A DNA stretch of 64,000 nt from Lingula anatina (GCA_051362555.1 CM120643.1:4774001-4838000); one strand, 5' to 3'; positions 12,501-25,900 are shown, counted from the first letter of the stretch. Numbers and translations: made by a program. The notes: generated by a model not told the origin, from the letters alone.

Positions 12501-15500
12501 TGACAACGCCAAAGTTTACTTAATGCAATCCTATAACATAGGCTTGTGAGAAGACGCGAGAGAAGTTTCAATGGCAGATTTTAACCCCACCTCTCGTGAA
12601 ATCTCGCTCCAATCCAGGTCTCGTTTGACATCATCTGCTGCGCAGATGTTCAAAATAGGCTATCCCGGACAGTCCCTATTGTCCGTCCCGCCTACTACAA
12701 GCTGTAAGGGGGTAATTAACTTCTGTGCGCGGTCGGCTGACTGCAATTTAGCGTGTATCCCCAGGGAGTTAGGTCAATCTAGTAAGATCTATCTAAATCT
12801 CTGGAAATGCCCTCTAGGTGTCAGAATTAGCTGGAAACTCATTCAAAAATGATTGCTATTTTCTTTCAGATCCCAAAATATTTATATTTGCCATATATTA
12901 TCAGATTATTGGCTTTAATTTAAGCATTAGGACTTGAGGATAAGAAATTAATTTTATGAAATTATTTTGAATTCTACGTGGGAACATATGGCTGGCACTA
13001 AAAAAAGGTTAAATGTTTTTTGAAACACCAAGTTTAACAGATTACTTTTACCTGTGTTTAATGAAGAGCTGTTTTCTTTTCATATGCAGGATAGCTGAAT
13101 ATTTTATCAAGATATTTCATGTAAATTTTGCACAATTTTCCAGGTTGCCCAGCAGCTTACAGCAAAGTATGGTAAAGAATATGCTATAATGTGCCAGACA
13201 AATCCTTCTGGAATAGTCAATGAAAAGGTTTGAATACCTGTTTATAACTAGGAAGTGCTCTGGTTGTAAATTCTACATTTATGTCATTATTGTTATGAAA
13301 GTATTAATAAATTTTTTTTATTCAAAACCATAGAAAGAGGTTCACCTAAAACCTTTCCTTGGCAAAATAAAAAGATTGCTTCAAATTTGATGTGAGCTAA
13401 AAGTTTACATCAATGAGTTTGAAAGAAAAACAGTTGCTGCAAATGGCCAAAAATGTTCAAGAATTCTTCATGTCTTTTCATATTTAAACTTATCCTATCA
13501 AATTTAAAACACTGCCTAATTTGCATGGTAAAATTCCTTCATGCAAATTTGCTTTAAATTTGCGGCACTAGTTTGCAACAAAACTAAAATTTGTGAAGGG
13601 TTGTCACTCTTTATGGTTAGAAGTAGCACTAGTTGATAACCAGTTTACAAAATGTTACTAAAGATGTCACAGCGACATCTGGGGCCAAGTTGGCCGTATT
13701 ATCCCATTGTGACATCTTACTCATGAAAGTAAAGTAGAATTTAAAATTGGCTTGATATATTCCAGTTGCAGAACAAGCTGTCAATCTATGCCCCTCCCAA
13801 AATACTTATAGAAAACTACATGCTGGAGATTGCCAAGGCGTACAATGTGCCTTTTGAGCCAGATCCTATTGCTATGATGGTAATGATTGTATTTATTCTT
13901 GAATTTACTCTCTTTCTAAATTGCAAGTGACATTTGTACTTGTAATTATTTTTGTATCTTTATTTTCAAACAGAGACATCCTGAAGCTTCACTGCAGAGT
14001 AGAAATAATAGTTTTAACGCTGGTTATCTTTTGAAATTGATTGCATGCCATCATTCTGTGCAAAGAAGGGAACAGTGCATGGAACAACTCACATTTGCTG
14101 TTTATATTCAAGTTGTTGAATACTTAAATTATACAAAGATCTTTTGTGTTTTACAGGGAGAAATCCCAGCAGTCTCAGATCTGCTAGACTTAGGGTTTGA
14201 TGGACAGCCTGGGGAAGGCAGTCATGGTGGGAGTGGGGGTGGGGGTGGTATGGTATTCCCCCCACAACATGTTCAGCCTTATCCCCAGCAAGTGCCACAC
14301 CAGTACACTCCACTGTCATACCCGGGGATGGCAATGTCTCTTCCAGGTAGGGAAAAGGTTATTCTCTCACAAGGCATATTGTGAACTTGGCTTACTATAT
14401 AAAGCTGTATTTGCGTGTGCTGTTTTCACTATGATGGACCTGCAAAACACGTGCTTCTTCTTGTGATATATTTTTGAGGGACTTAAATCAGATTACAGTT
14501 ATTATACTCTATAAGTTCAGTTAAGGTGAATAAGTTATTTTACTTTCCAAATAAAGGTTTTGTTAGTAATGCTTGAAATGTTGATTAAAAGGTTTTGAAA
14601 GTTTGTTAGTTTTATGTCAGAAAGTACATTGTTGTGAATGTCTGAAAGTGAGGCATTAACAGTTTTTAAGTAGTCACTGTTATAAAATGGCCATTTAAGT
14701 TTGAACTAATTTGGACCGACATTTAGTTTAAGGGCACTCAGCAATAACTCTTTTGAGAATTTATCTTTGGCAAAGTATCATTTATTTTGCTTGGCCAAGA
14801 AAGTTTATTTTCTGTGATTTTTAATATAGCTAGAGAGATGCTGATTTTCAATAAGTCTCCACAAATCATTCAATCTTTCAGTTAAAGCTCCAAGATGCTT
14901 GCTTGGCTTGTACGACCTTTGGCCAATATTTTAACATGCAGCATGGGTATTTAATATCAGGTATGCCAGATGAAACTTTCAGAATACTGTATACTTGGGT
15001 CAAATTATTTAGTAAATACATGTCCACTTATGTCCATCACTTCAAGGTGTGCCTTCATCAGAACCACAGAATTTGCCACCAGGTGCCGCCAGTTTACCAT
15101 CAAACCCAGACCTACATCAAGATGAGAAGCCTCCCTTACCAGCTGGAGACTACAGTAGCAGAGGAGCATCAAATTATCCTGACAAACTAGCCAAACACAC
15201 AGGGGATTCTGGAAGATCATCTCCAAAGCGAAGTAGTCCCCCACCACCATATTACTCGCCTGCTGTAAGTGGAGTTAAAAAATAGTTCAGCACATTGGGA
15301 GGAGAGGGGGTCATCAAAATTAATTTTTGTGTGTGATTTTGTTTATATGTGTGAGTTATTGCCTTTGCCTGACTAAAACACAATTTTTTAAATTTCACTT
15401 ATGGCAAAAAAATAACAAATTAAAAGCCAAGAAACAGGTTTGTAGATGTTAACTTTTTTTAATGATGAAAGAGAAATTACTCAAATTTTTAGGAAAATAA

Positions 15501-18444
15501 ATTTCTTGCTATATAAAGGTCTTACACATATACCTTTATTTGGGAAATTTTCTCAGGAGTTGAGTATGTGGAAACTAATGGAATACACATCCACAATTAT
15601 TTCCATTTTTATGTACAGACACAGATGTGTCTGTACATATTGCCATCACCTTCGTCTGTCGTCGCTGTCGCCATTGCCGGCGCCGGCGCCGTGCACTTTC
15701 CTTGTAAACACGATAAGTGGAGGACAGTTTTACTTTTTGGCTTTATATTTACAGAGCTGATGAATATTCATAAAACGCAGGTCAAGTTCGAAAATCTGCA
15801 TGATCGGGCCATTATTGTAGAAGTTATGCTGTTTTTTCACTTTTCAGCATATATGCAACACTGTAAACACATTTTAAGGAATTGAATGCTTAAATGCTTA
15901 ATATCTCCCAAAATGAAGGAATTGTGGGAAAAATTACTATAAATGTGTCAACAAAAGTCATGTGTGGAGATTTCAAAATTTTCTAACAATGGGAATTCTT
16001 TGCCAAAAAATCTTTATTTGTGCTGATTTTCAGAAGCTACATGAACCTAACCTATAATATTATGGTCAGGTGTTACACTTAGGGTCGTCTTTTATCTTCG
16101 TGAGTTTGGGGTCAATTGGTACATTATCATGGGAGGAGCAGCCATTAGATACCAAAACTGAAAACACTCTAATTCTGGAACTGTAAATGCTAGAGACCTC
16201 TTGTTTGTTGTATTTTGTAGAGGTTGTCAAGCGAAATACTGGAAGTGTTGTCTGTTTTTTTTTTTTCCATATGGTTTAAGAGTTGCACTATATCGAAAAT
16301 GCAAGTCATTATTCAGTGGTAAAAATAAACTGTGAAATACTCCAACATTAGCAGAGATATGCCCATAGTTATAGTTGAATTTACTGTAGGAAGTCATATA
16401 CTGGCAATCTAACTGTGACCTTGAATTTGACCCTTTGACCTACTTTTTACCATGAACTGCACTTTTCAATTTTTTTTACCCTTATATCCACATAAATGGC
16501 AGAGATATTCCCACAGTCACTATTGAATTTGAATGGAAAGTCTTATATCAGCAATAATACTGTGACCTTGAATTTTTGCTTTGACCTACTTTTCACCATG
16601 AACTGAACTTTGTTAATTTTCCTACCTTTATTTCTCCAAAACTGGCAGAGATATGATAGGCAGAGATATGCCCAGTTGCTATCGAACTTCAATAGGAAGG
16701 TATATATTGGCATTCATAATGTGAACTTGAATTTTCCCTTTAACAGATATGAGATTTTTCCGTGGAAAAACGGAATTCTGCGTTTTTTAATTCAATTCTT
16801 GAGTCTCAATGTTAGGTTTTGGGTCCCATGATAAATGTTCAGATTTTTTTTGAAACCTAGATTTCCTTTAACCTACTTCTCCCCATAAAATATCACCACC
16901 ACATTCATCCAATCCTACTTATTCACAATTAAGAATTGGTTCCCATACCTACATCGATCCATCTGGATCGAACTATCTCCCTGGGGGTTCCCGCTAAATT
17001 GCTATGAGCTCAAGAGGCTTAAATGTCTGTCATGCCTACTGAATCAGCTAGGGGTAAAGATAATTACCCCTAACAGTTTTACTAGACGTGACAGGCATTT
17101 AAGCCGGTTAGTTTAATAGCAATTTAGTGAGACTCCCCAGGGAGATAGATCGAACCAAATATCTGTGGGAATGGCCCCTAACACACACACACACATCCAC
17201 ACCTTCCTTTAAAATTAAATGTGCTTACTCATGCTGGTGGTACAACGCCAAGAGGCAGTATTGCCTCTCAGATCCTCTAGTTATTACAAGTTTATGTTTG
17301 ATGTAAAAAAGTTATTTTTTATGCTTGTTGAAGGGTCCATTTGGCTATGGTTCATCAGGGTCACAGCCTGCCCAGCCCCCTGGACCATGTAAGTAGTTTG
17401 CCTTCTTTTTTACTTTTCTGTATTTCTACTTTCATAAAAGGGTATTAGGTCACTTTCTAAACTTCTTCATGTTTATGGAATTGGGGACATTATTACTGAG
17501 CTAAGGCCCAGTCACACTGACAAGAGGATGAATTGAGGATACAAATTTTCTCGGGATTGGGCCTTCATTGTCATTCGCAACAGAATTGACCAAAAGTGAC
17601 AAATTTCCACAATGTATGCTGATAAGAACAGTATGGAATACGAATATTTCAATAATGTATTGTATATGTATATCATGAATAAAAGCGGATGCCATTGCAG
17701 ACATTTGCAAATCAGATGCAAATCAGATGCAACAGAATCCTGACAAATCCATAATATTCGTAATATATTATTTTGGAACGTGATATGGACATGGAAGGGA
17801 TGCTCTATATACAGTTTGCATACTCAATACATGCTCTCTTAGTCTGCTAGTAAGCCGCAATTTACCCTTGAGTTGCGGATAAGAGCGGAAAACAGCGCAT
17901 GTATTGCTTTTGTATTGTGGATGTTTTGCGGATGTATTGCGCTTGTCATCCCCAACCAAAATTTTGGGCAGCTCAGAAATCTTGTTAACGGAAAAAAATG
18001 CCTCTGTGGATAATTATGGATGTGTGCAGATGCTGGCCGAATGATACATGCATGTATGATGATACAAGCATGTATCAAGAATATTGCAGATGTTTTGCGA
18101 ATATCAACCAATTTTGTGTGCAATTCATGCAAAATTCCTTGCCAGTGGGACAGGGCCTTTAATGAAATGTAGTTTGTGTCAGTACATTTTTTTCCACATT
18201 ATTGCTTTTGCCCACATCAATTTTGACATAATCAAGATGTGATATACTTTTATTTCCAGATCCACGGGGAGAAGTTCCTGTTCTTCCTTCACAGCCTCCT
18301 GTGGGCTCAGTTCCCAGTCTCCCTTCAGTGCCCCCTGCTGGTTCGTTACCTGTTCTCCCATCAGTTCCCACTGACCAAGATGGAGATGATGTAGACTTTG
18401 ATGACTTAACAAAACGATTTGAGGATTTGAAGAAAAAAACATAG
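6528..18444 (+). CDS. IST1: IST1 homolog (ESCRT-III-associated factor), 10 coding exons, about 401 aa
   Basis: Exons, all GT-AG and phase-consistent, total 1206 nt: 6528-6618, 6809-6885, 9256-9359, 10420-10507, 13144-13227, 13766-13879, 14157-14346, 15047-15264, 17334-17388, 18260-18444. Translation MFRKSGPNYLKLKTNLRLCIQRLKMLEKKKSELAMKARKEIADYISAGKEDRARIRVEHIVREDYMVEGLEILEMFCDLLLARFGLIEKM...IWAAPRVV...APPKILIENYMLEIAKAYNVPFEPD matches the recalled IST1 N-terminal domain. C-terminus DDVDFDDLTKRFEDLKKKT* is the IST1 MIM1 motif. Confidence 0.96.
7252..9171 (+). mobile_element. Helentron-associated non-autonomous element (HINE/DINE-1-like), family A, with about 5 x 146-bp internal repeats
   Basis: 5' TATTGTACCACCAGC is inverted to the 3' subterminal GCTGGTGGTACAATA. 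A 5' inverted repeat, a 3' hairpin GAGGCGGTATCGCCTC, a CTAG end and T-rich flanks are present. Near-identical copies occur at 30458-32149 and 58695-60880. It lies in an IST1 intron. Confidence 0.85.
9692..10190. repeat. Inverted pair of about 85-bp SINE-like 3' segments (9692-9778 and 10063-10148)
   Basis: CCATGGCCACCCTGAGCTTCAGA..TACACTGTAGCATACCCTTGCAGTTTCAAGTTACCT and its reverse complement. The right copy has a (TAAA)n tail and degenerate A/B-box-like sequence upstream. Confidence 0.65.
10532..12814. mobile_element. Non-autonomous PIF/Harbinger-like DNA transposon, 2.3 kb, in an IST1 intron
   Basis: Imperfect TIRs GGGTACATTCCCATAGATTT and (reverse complement) GAGGGCATTTCCAGAGATTT. Inner matched block GAGGTGGGGTTAAAAT. 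3-bp TAG duplication. No transposase ORF. Related short copy at 16937-17178. Confidence 0.65.
15606..17280 (+). mobile_element. Chimeric HINE: family B 5' end joined to family A body and 3' end, with a nested MITE
   Basis: Starts with the palindrome ATGTACAGACACAGATGTGTCTGTACAT (as at about 52257-52284). Switches near 15900 to family A sequence. Ends GCTGGTGGTACAA..GAGGCAGTATTGCCTCTCAGATCCTCTAG. Confidence 0.7.
16937..17178. mobile_element. MITE related to the 10532-12814 element
   Basis: Right end reverse complement GGGGCCATTCCCACAGAT..GATCTATCTCCCTGGGGAGTCTCACTA matches 10532-10585. Internally palindromic, followed by TAA. Confidence 0.65.
17504..18158. mobile_element. Harbinger-like MITE
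   Basis: TIRs AGGCCCAGTCACACTG and (reverse complement) AGGCCCTGTCCCACTG, flanked by CTA and TTA. Confidence 0.65.
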
Positions 18445-18758
18445 ATGACAGAAATTTTGTTGATTGTTCATGTTCACATTATGATAAGGGCAGTGATATG
18501 TATGCACTAGTCATTTTTAACCAACTGAGATTGGTGCAATTTCCTTTTGAACAGAATAGACTTAGCAACTGAGACTTGGCAACACACAAAAGCTCTGAAC
18601 ACTTTCTCAAAAGTAAAATTATCCATATTGACAAAAGAGAATGATGGCAAGATTGCTAGCTATAGAAAAAAAAGATGAATAAAATTTACCAGCCAGTTAT
18701 TTTTTTTCTATAGCTAGAGACAAGAGAAACTCTCTTTGTATATTTAAAACATAAATAA

Positions 18759-19155
18759 CTAGAAAAGCACTCAGAGAGCGCAGACCTCTGCCAAGGCAGC
18801 AAGGTCTCCATTCAATGCTGTTTCACCCCTAAATTTTCGATATTTTTGATTATTGAATATCGATTATTGATCTGGATCACCACCAAAAACTAATCATCTG
18901 TTCCTTGGCCCACTTCTGACAGTTCCTGAAAATTTCATCAAAATCGGTCCATAACTTACTTTTTTGATTATTGGTTATTGATTATTTATTGATTATTGAT
19001 CCGGATCACCACCAAAAACTTATCATCTCTTTCTTGGTCCACTTCTGACAGTTCCTGAAAATTTCAACAAAATTGGTCCATAACTTTTTGAGTTATGTTG
19101 ATGACAGACAGACAAACAAACAGGGGTGAAAACATAACCTCCTTGGCGGAGGTAA
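18759..19155 (-). mobile_element. HINE family C, downstream of the IST1 stop (probable 3' UTR)
   Basis: Minus strand reads TTACCTCCGCCAAGGAGGTTATGTTTTCACCCC-(TGTT/TGTC)n...CCTTGGCAGAGGTCTGCGCTCTCTGAGTGCTTTTCTAG, giving subTIR, microsatellite and 3' stem-loop. Copy at 63179-63601. Confidence 0.85.
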
Positions 19156-20597
19156 TGAAACTGTTCAACATTATCCATGAGAATGATGGTTGTTTGCCAC
19201 CCCTCTCTTTTATTATCCCAGAGACATCACCTTATGATATTTATTGATTATTATGCACCAGACATTGTCAGTTATGTAAAAGATACTCCAAGGTGGGTGA
19301 TATACAGAAGTCTTAAGAGCAAAGCTGATGCATGGTATTCCAGGTTTATCATGCACTAGATGTGTGGCATGTATGTAAGATGCACTACGGCTGGATCTGT
19401 GTTGTCAACATTCATTGCACAAGTGACTTGTCAAAACACTACTCCACTCCTTTGGACAAGCAGCGCATACTTCTTTTGTATGGAAAAAATTAGGTCAAAA
19501 AAAGCATGCAGTTTATAAGGTTGACTACTTTTATATATTAAATGTTTTAGATATTGGCTATTGATAAATAAGAGAACGAGAAGCTGGAAACATGCTTGTG
19601 TTGATATGAACTGTGATATTGTGATATTCAACTTCTTGGAGTCCAGATACTTACATCTTATACAATCTCATGTTATTTGTCAGTGATGTATTTTTAAGCG
19701 AGACAAACATGGTGCTGAGTAGAATACATATTACAGACTTTAATTTTTGCCAAAGAGACCAAAGTCAAGAATGAAATTTGGGCCCATGAATATGTTTGAT
19801 ATATTTAATGCAAAGCCTGAAGACGTGTCCACTGATAGCACTGCAATTATTTATTATTACTATGTATTTAAATATTGTAATTATTACATAGTCGTTATGT
19901 TCACAGACAAATTTTATATTTTCCAAATATTCAAAAACAATCTTTTTTATTATTAAACAATCATTTAACATAAAAGTTGTTAAACATTTTCTTACTGATG
20001 TTGTCTGTTATAGCTAATTACTAGTATGTTTGCAAATTTGTAAATGAATTTTCTATTCAAGTCAATTTTTACCAATAAAACAGGCAATATTACAGTTATT
20101 TTGTATAACATACCAGTTAATATATACAGTTAAAGTATATGAACAATAAATACATATTTTTAAAAATATTTACAAATCTGTTTTCTTTTTAAAAAGATCT
20201 GTTCTCTCTTGAGGACTGCAAATAGAATGAGAGTGAAAAACAAAATTTGACTCACAAGTACCGCAAACTGGAGTGTAGACACTGGATGGTTTCGATCACA
20301 GAAATGCATAATTGATATGATGACTTGTGTTACAATTATTTCATAATAAATTAATGTGTAAAATTTGTTAGTACATATTTTGTATATCTAAGACAATGAT
20401 AACAAGATGCTATAATTCTGTAAACTTGAAGCCTGTCAGCAGTCAATGAACTGATATACAATGACAATAAAACAAGTTTGGCTTAGGCAACCATAGCAAC
20501 ATGAAGCCTTCATCATCATGATAACTAAATATATTTCCATGGCAGCAATTCCTGTTTTTATCAGTAGATCATTTCCAATATGAATGCATTGCTCACA

Positions 20598-22903
20598 TCA
20601 GGAAAACAATTCTTCAAAGTCAGTGACATAAGACCTGGATGGTACAAAGTATTTCTGTGAAGATTTCAACATGAGCAATACAGGCTGCTGGTTCCAGGAG
20701 TCGTATTCATCAATGGGGCTGGGGAAGGGATTCATGTACACAGTCTTCATAGGCATGATGATGCTAGGTGCAAAACCATAGATTTGTCCTGGGTCTGGCT
20801 GGCGCCCCCTAGCAGTCACTGATGGGTGGACATAGTCCAGTGACAGGTTAGTCTCCCTACGGGCATGACAACGACTGGTGTGGGTTTCACCCAGGCGTAC
20901 CAGGCTTGGGGTGCTGAAATGAGAACACAGGCATGTTGTTACAACTGCAGCAGCAAATCAAGAGTGGGGCATGCTTTCATGTCTTTGAATTTGACTGAGA
21001 ACTGTGAATGAAATTGCCAGCACAAGTTTTCTTACTATAATGGTTGCACAACTGTAACTGTAGTCCTACCCAAATGAACTGTTAAAATTTAAAGCTGAAG
21101 AGTTTAAATTATTTACTAATGTGGTGGCAAAGATGCACACGTGCACAACTATCATTATAGTGCATACCCTCCAACCTTGGGCAGAACCAACACCGTATTT
21201 TTAGCCTCCACAACTTTCTCCTCACTGTCACGTTTCCTCATCTTGTCCAGCTCCTTCTCTATTTCCATTTCACAGAAATAATTTATAGCCTCCAAATAGG
21301 TGGCGTTGTCAATGACAGACCGGTCTGGAGGAGCGTCAAAAGTCACTGTAAATACCAGGTAACATGTAAGTGACCTGTCATCAATGAGGCCACAGGCTCA
21401 GCGATAATCTCATCAGTCAAAGATGTGAGCAAGTCAACAGAGCAGCTACATATAAAAGTTATCGAACAAAATGTATCTTTACCAGATTAAACTTTTTTCT
21501 TAATCAGTATAACTACATGTTTTTAAGATTCAATAAAGTAATTTGAACTTGTGAATACCTGTCACAGCTCTGGATACTGGCCCTGACCCTGGCATGTCCT
21601 CCTCTGCAGCCTGAAACCAGTCAATTTGAACATGTTTACTCATAGATCCTTCTACGCCCCACTGATCACCCTGTGTACCACACCCCACTGATCACCCTGT
21701 GAACCACACCCCACTGATCACCCTGAGTACCACACCCCACTGATCACCCTGTGTACCACACCCCACTGATCACCCTGTGTACCACACCCCACTGATCACC
21801 CTGAGTACCACACCCCACTGATCACCCTGAGTACCACACCCCACTGATCACCCTGAGTACCACACCCCACTGATCACCCTGAGTACCACCCCTCACTGAT
21901 CACCCTGTGTACCACACCCCAACTGAACACCCTGTGTACCACACCCCACTGATCACCCTGAGTACCACACCCTATTTATTTAAATCATTCTAATTATGCC
22001 TCACCCCTGGTGTCTTCTTCAGAATGCTCCTAGGTGTTGCAGGTGAGCTCTTTATTGTTCCCCTGCTGACTCTGCCATGTATACTGCCACTCTTCTTCAT
22101 CTTCTCTATAGCTACCTCCAGGTGCATCTTGAATGCCATCATCCACCTAGTGGAGAATACATTATGTTACAAGAGTAATGGAACTTAAAAGAAAGAGAGG
22201 GAGGGAGACTGCAAGGTGTAAGTGACCACACAGTAGGCTCATGATGGCAAAAGATAATTTTGTTCAAATTGAATTGAAATCCTGTTTTCATAACCATTTT
22301 ACAGTTTCCCTCCAGGACTTAAATTATCCAATTCTTGAGTACACATGCCAGAGTGTACTGGCAAGCCCTAGGTCTTCTATTCTGTCTCTCCCACAATATT
22401 TTAGCCAGTATGGGAGATTGGTGTGTTAAGATAGTCCTTAACTGCCTAAATGTGGAAATAAACATTGTCAAGTTATAAGGTAGGAATCTGCTTGCTCAAG
22501 CTGATGATGCAACAACTGTTACAGCATTTTTGTGGTGAAAACTGCTACCAATTTCAAATGTATTTCCCACACCTGAACAGCTAAAAGCAACATAGTAACA
22601 CCTATTTAATCATAACAAAAAGCACTTCAAACTGGTGCCAGGAAATTTTATTGAAAGGTTTCTGATTTTACCAGTAAAAGGTGAAATAAGGCCTGCGATT
22701 TATTGAACATGGTAATTAGGGGCTTGTATCTTCTAAACAGAACTAGAGGATCAGAGAGGCGATACTGCCTCTGGATATTGTACCACCAGCTGGAGTAAGT
22801 GCATTCGGATGGAAAACCAAAAAAAAAAAAAAAAGGGACACCACCACCAGTCTTGTGCTTGACAAGCTGTATAAAATGCAATAAACAAGAGTTCTCAAAA
22901 TAT

Positions 22904-22945
<42 letters not shown>

Positions 22946-25900
22946 ATAACTGTAAAAATGGTCCAATCAAGCAGTTTTTCCAAATTTCCAATCACTCCTG
23001 TGATTTGCTAGACAATAGGCATGTTGGTTTTCCTTCAAATGTGTTATCAGTGTTGCATATATGCTGACAAAAGAGAAAACCTAGGGGCAACACTGGGCAT
23101 ATCTCTGCTAGTTTTAAAGATATGAGGGGCAAGAAAATATGCAAAGTTCAGTTCATGGAAAAAAAGTAGGTCAAAGGTCAATTTCAAGATCACAGTATAT
23201 GACTTCCTATTCAAGTTCAATAGAAACTATGGGTATTTCTTTGCCAATTTTGGAGATATAAAGGCCAGAAAACATGCAAAGTACAATTCATCATAAAAAG
23301 TAGGTCAAAGGTCCATTTCAAGGTCACAGTTAGATTGCCAGTATATGACTTCCTATTTCAGTTCAATAGTAACTGTGAGCTTAACTCTGCCAGTTTTCGA
23401 GATATAAGGGAGAGAACATTTGCAAAGTTCAGTTCTTGGTGAAAAGTAGGTCAAAGGTCAATTTCAAAGTCATAGTACGATTGCCAGTATATGACTACCT
23501 GTTCAAATTCAATAGTAACTATGGCCGTATCTTTGCCAGATTTGGAGATATAAAGATCAGAAAACTTGCAAAGTGCAATTCATAATGAAAAGGAGGTCAA
23601 AGGTCAATTTCAAAGTCACTTTTAGATATAAAGTATATGACTACCTATTCAAGTTCAATAGTAACTATGGGCATATCTCTGCTAATTTTGGAGTATTTCA
23701 CCTTTTAATTTCACCACTGAATATTGGATATTGAACTTATTGATATAGTGCAATGCCTAAGCCATATCGAAAACAAAAAGTGGACACCACCTTCAGTATT
23801 GTGCTTGACAAGCTCTACAAAATGCAAAAAAAAAAAAAACAAAAAAAAAACAAGAGGTCTCTAGCATTAACAGTTCCAGATTTAGAGAGAGTTTTCAGTT
23901 TCGGCATCTAATGGCTGCTACTCCCATTAAAATGCACTGATTGACCCCAAACTCATGAAGATGAAAGATAACCCTAAGGTTAATACCTACCCATAATATT
24001 ATAGGTTAGATCTGTGTAGTTTCTGAAAATTGGCAGAAATAAAAAAATTTTTCGCAAAAAATTCCTACTTTTAGAAAATTTTGGCCTGTTTGACCTTGAA
24101 ATAATGGTCAAATCTAAGGGCATATTTGAAATCTCCACATATGACTTTCGGTCAGCCATCTGAAGAAATTTTCCCATAATTCCTTCGGTTTGGGAGATAT
24201 TTAGCATTGAATTTACAAAAATTTTGACAAGAGTGCGTTTCATCAAGTGTCACGCCCAGGCCAATGCACCAAATGAGACAAAAAAACCAGGGGGTTCAAG
24301 TTGAGATTAAATGTGACCTAAATCCAAGAAATGGGGCCACAGGTCCTTGTGGTCTAGGAGGAGAAGGGGTAATGGTGACTTGTATCCCACGCTATCCTGC
24401 GGAGCCGTAGGAGCAGGCGGAGCCGGCGGAGCTGTACAAGACAGGTCGGGACTAAAACCATGAGTACTGCCAGCATACACGCTGGCGGTACTAACTAAAA
24501 ATATTTTAATATTGTGCCAAATGGTGGCACCATGATGTGATTTTCACCCTTGTCATTTACCATGTCAATGTTCATGATAATAAGGTACTAAAATACATGT
24601 GTGTTGGAAACTGATCACTTTCTCACACAAATTTACAAAGCAGCAAAATTGATGAATAGCACTAAGCCAGCCAATATGTTTAAGCAGGGGGAGTGGTAAA
24701 TAAAGCAACAGATAAGGGGCTCTGTGTTCTAAAAGTGTTTAATTTTATTGCAAAAATATGAAGTATTTAACATAAAAAAATAGAAAAAGCTATTTAGGCA
24801 AATAAAGGCCCATAATAATATATCAATCCCCCTTAACTCTATATATGTGTGTATATTCCAGTACCACCTCCTTCCTCACCTGTCCAGCCATAAATCACAT
24901 TTCTTCTTGAGCTGTTCTTTCCTGTCCTCTCCCTCTATACTCCAGACATCCCAGCTGTCCAGCTCACGGGGAAAGAACTTGTGCGGATCTTGGAGGCCCA
25001 TGTTCAGGAAGAAATTCATCACTAATAACCTGAGCAAAAAAGAAAATATAACAGTTAAGACTGGGTTCAAAAACTCACATAAACAATAAACAAGGTCACC
25101 AAACGTCAAACTTTATACCTGGTTTTCCAGGATCTGTTTAACCCTTTAACCAATCCACCTCATCTCCCTGGGGAACATATCACCCCAGCTACTGGAATTA
25201 TGTGCTACTTGGAATTATCATTCACTGTCATGACTTGGCCCTTCAGTAAAATAATCCACTGATTCAAATATAATATATACCCTTTGTCAAAACTACAATA
25301 ATATTATTAAATTTATACATATGTGATTATTTCAAAAATATTTTTATTAATAAAATCAATGTCTATAAAACCTCACAGATAGTGAGTGTTAGTTTGAATT
25401 TTCAATTAGAGTTAAAATAGTCCTTTCAAATGCAACTACAATTTTTTCTCACTGCCACAGACAGTATTTTCTAACACCAGATGTCACTGCCATATAGCCA
25501 CCAGATGGCACTGTACTCACCTCATATCAGGATCCCCATCCAGGTGCTGGATCATCAGTTCTATAATAAAACTCTTGCTTGCAACCTCCATCAATTGTAA
25601 CAAATTTAAGACAGCTTTTACAAACTCTTTCTGAGTTATGTCCAAACAATTTGGTGGATTTTTTGCTGGGTTTAAGGCAGATAGGAGAGCATGAATAACA
25701 ACTTTGTTATCCTCAAAACCTTCTTGTTGGTAGAGAATCTTGATTGCATTGACAACTTCTTTCTTGAAGCGATATTCTGCAATCTTGATAAGCCTTAGCA
25801 GCATGTTCAGAAGAGCTGTTACTGTCCATGGTTTGGGGAATGTCTGGATGAGAAAAATACAGGTAGTAGTAAACGGAGGGTTTAACTTAATTCCCCTTTC

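Noticed and set aside
15568-15885. Recurring MCLYILPSP ORFs (also 51128-51388 and 52013-52270)
   Set aside because: Translations of the HINE family B head. Lengths and stops differ between copies.
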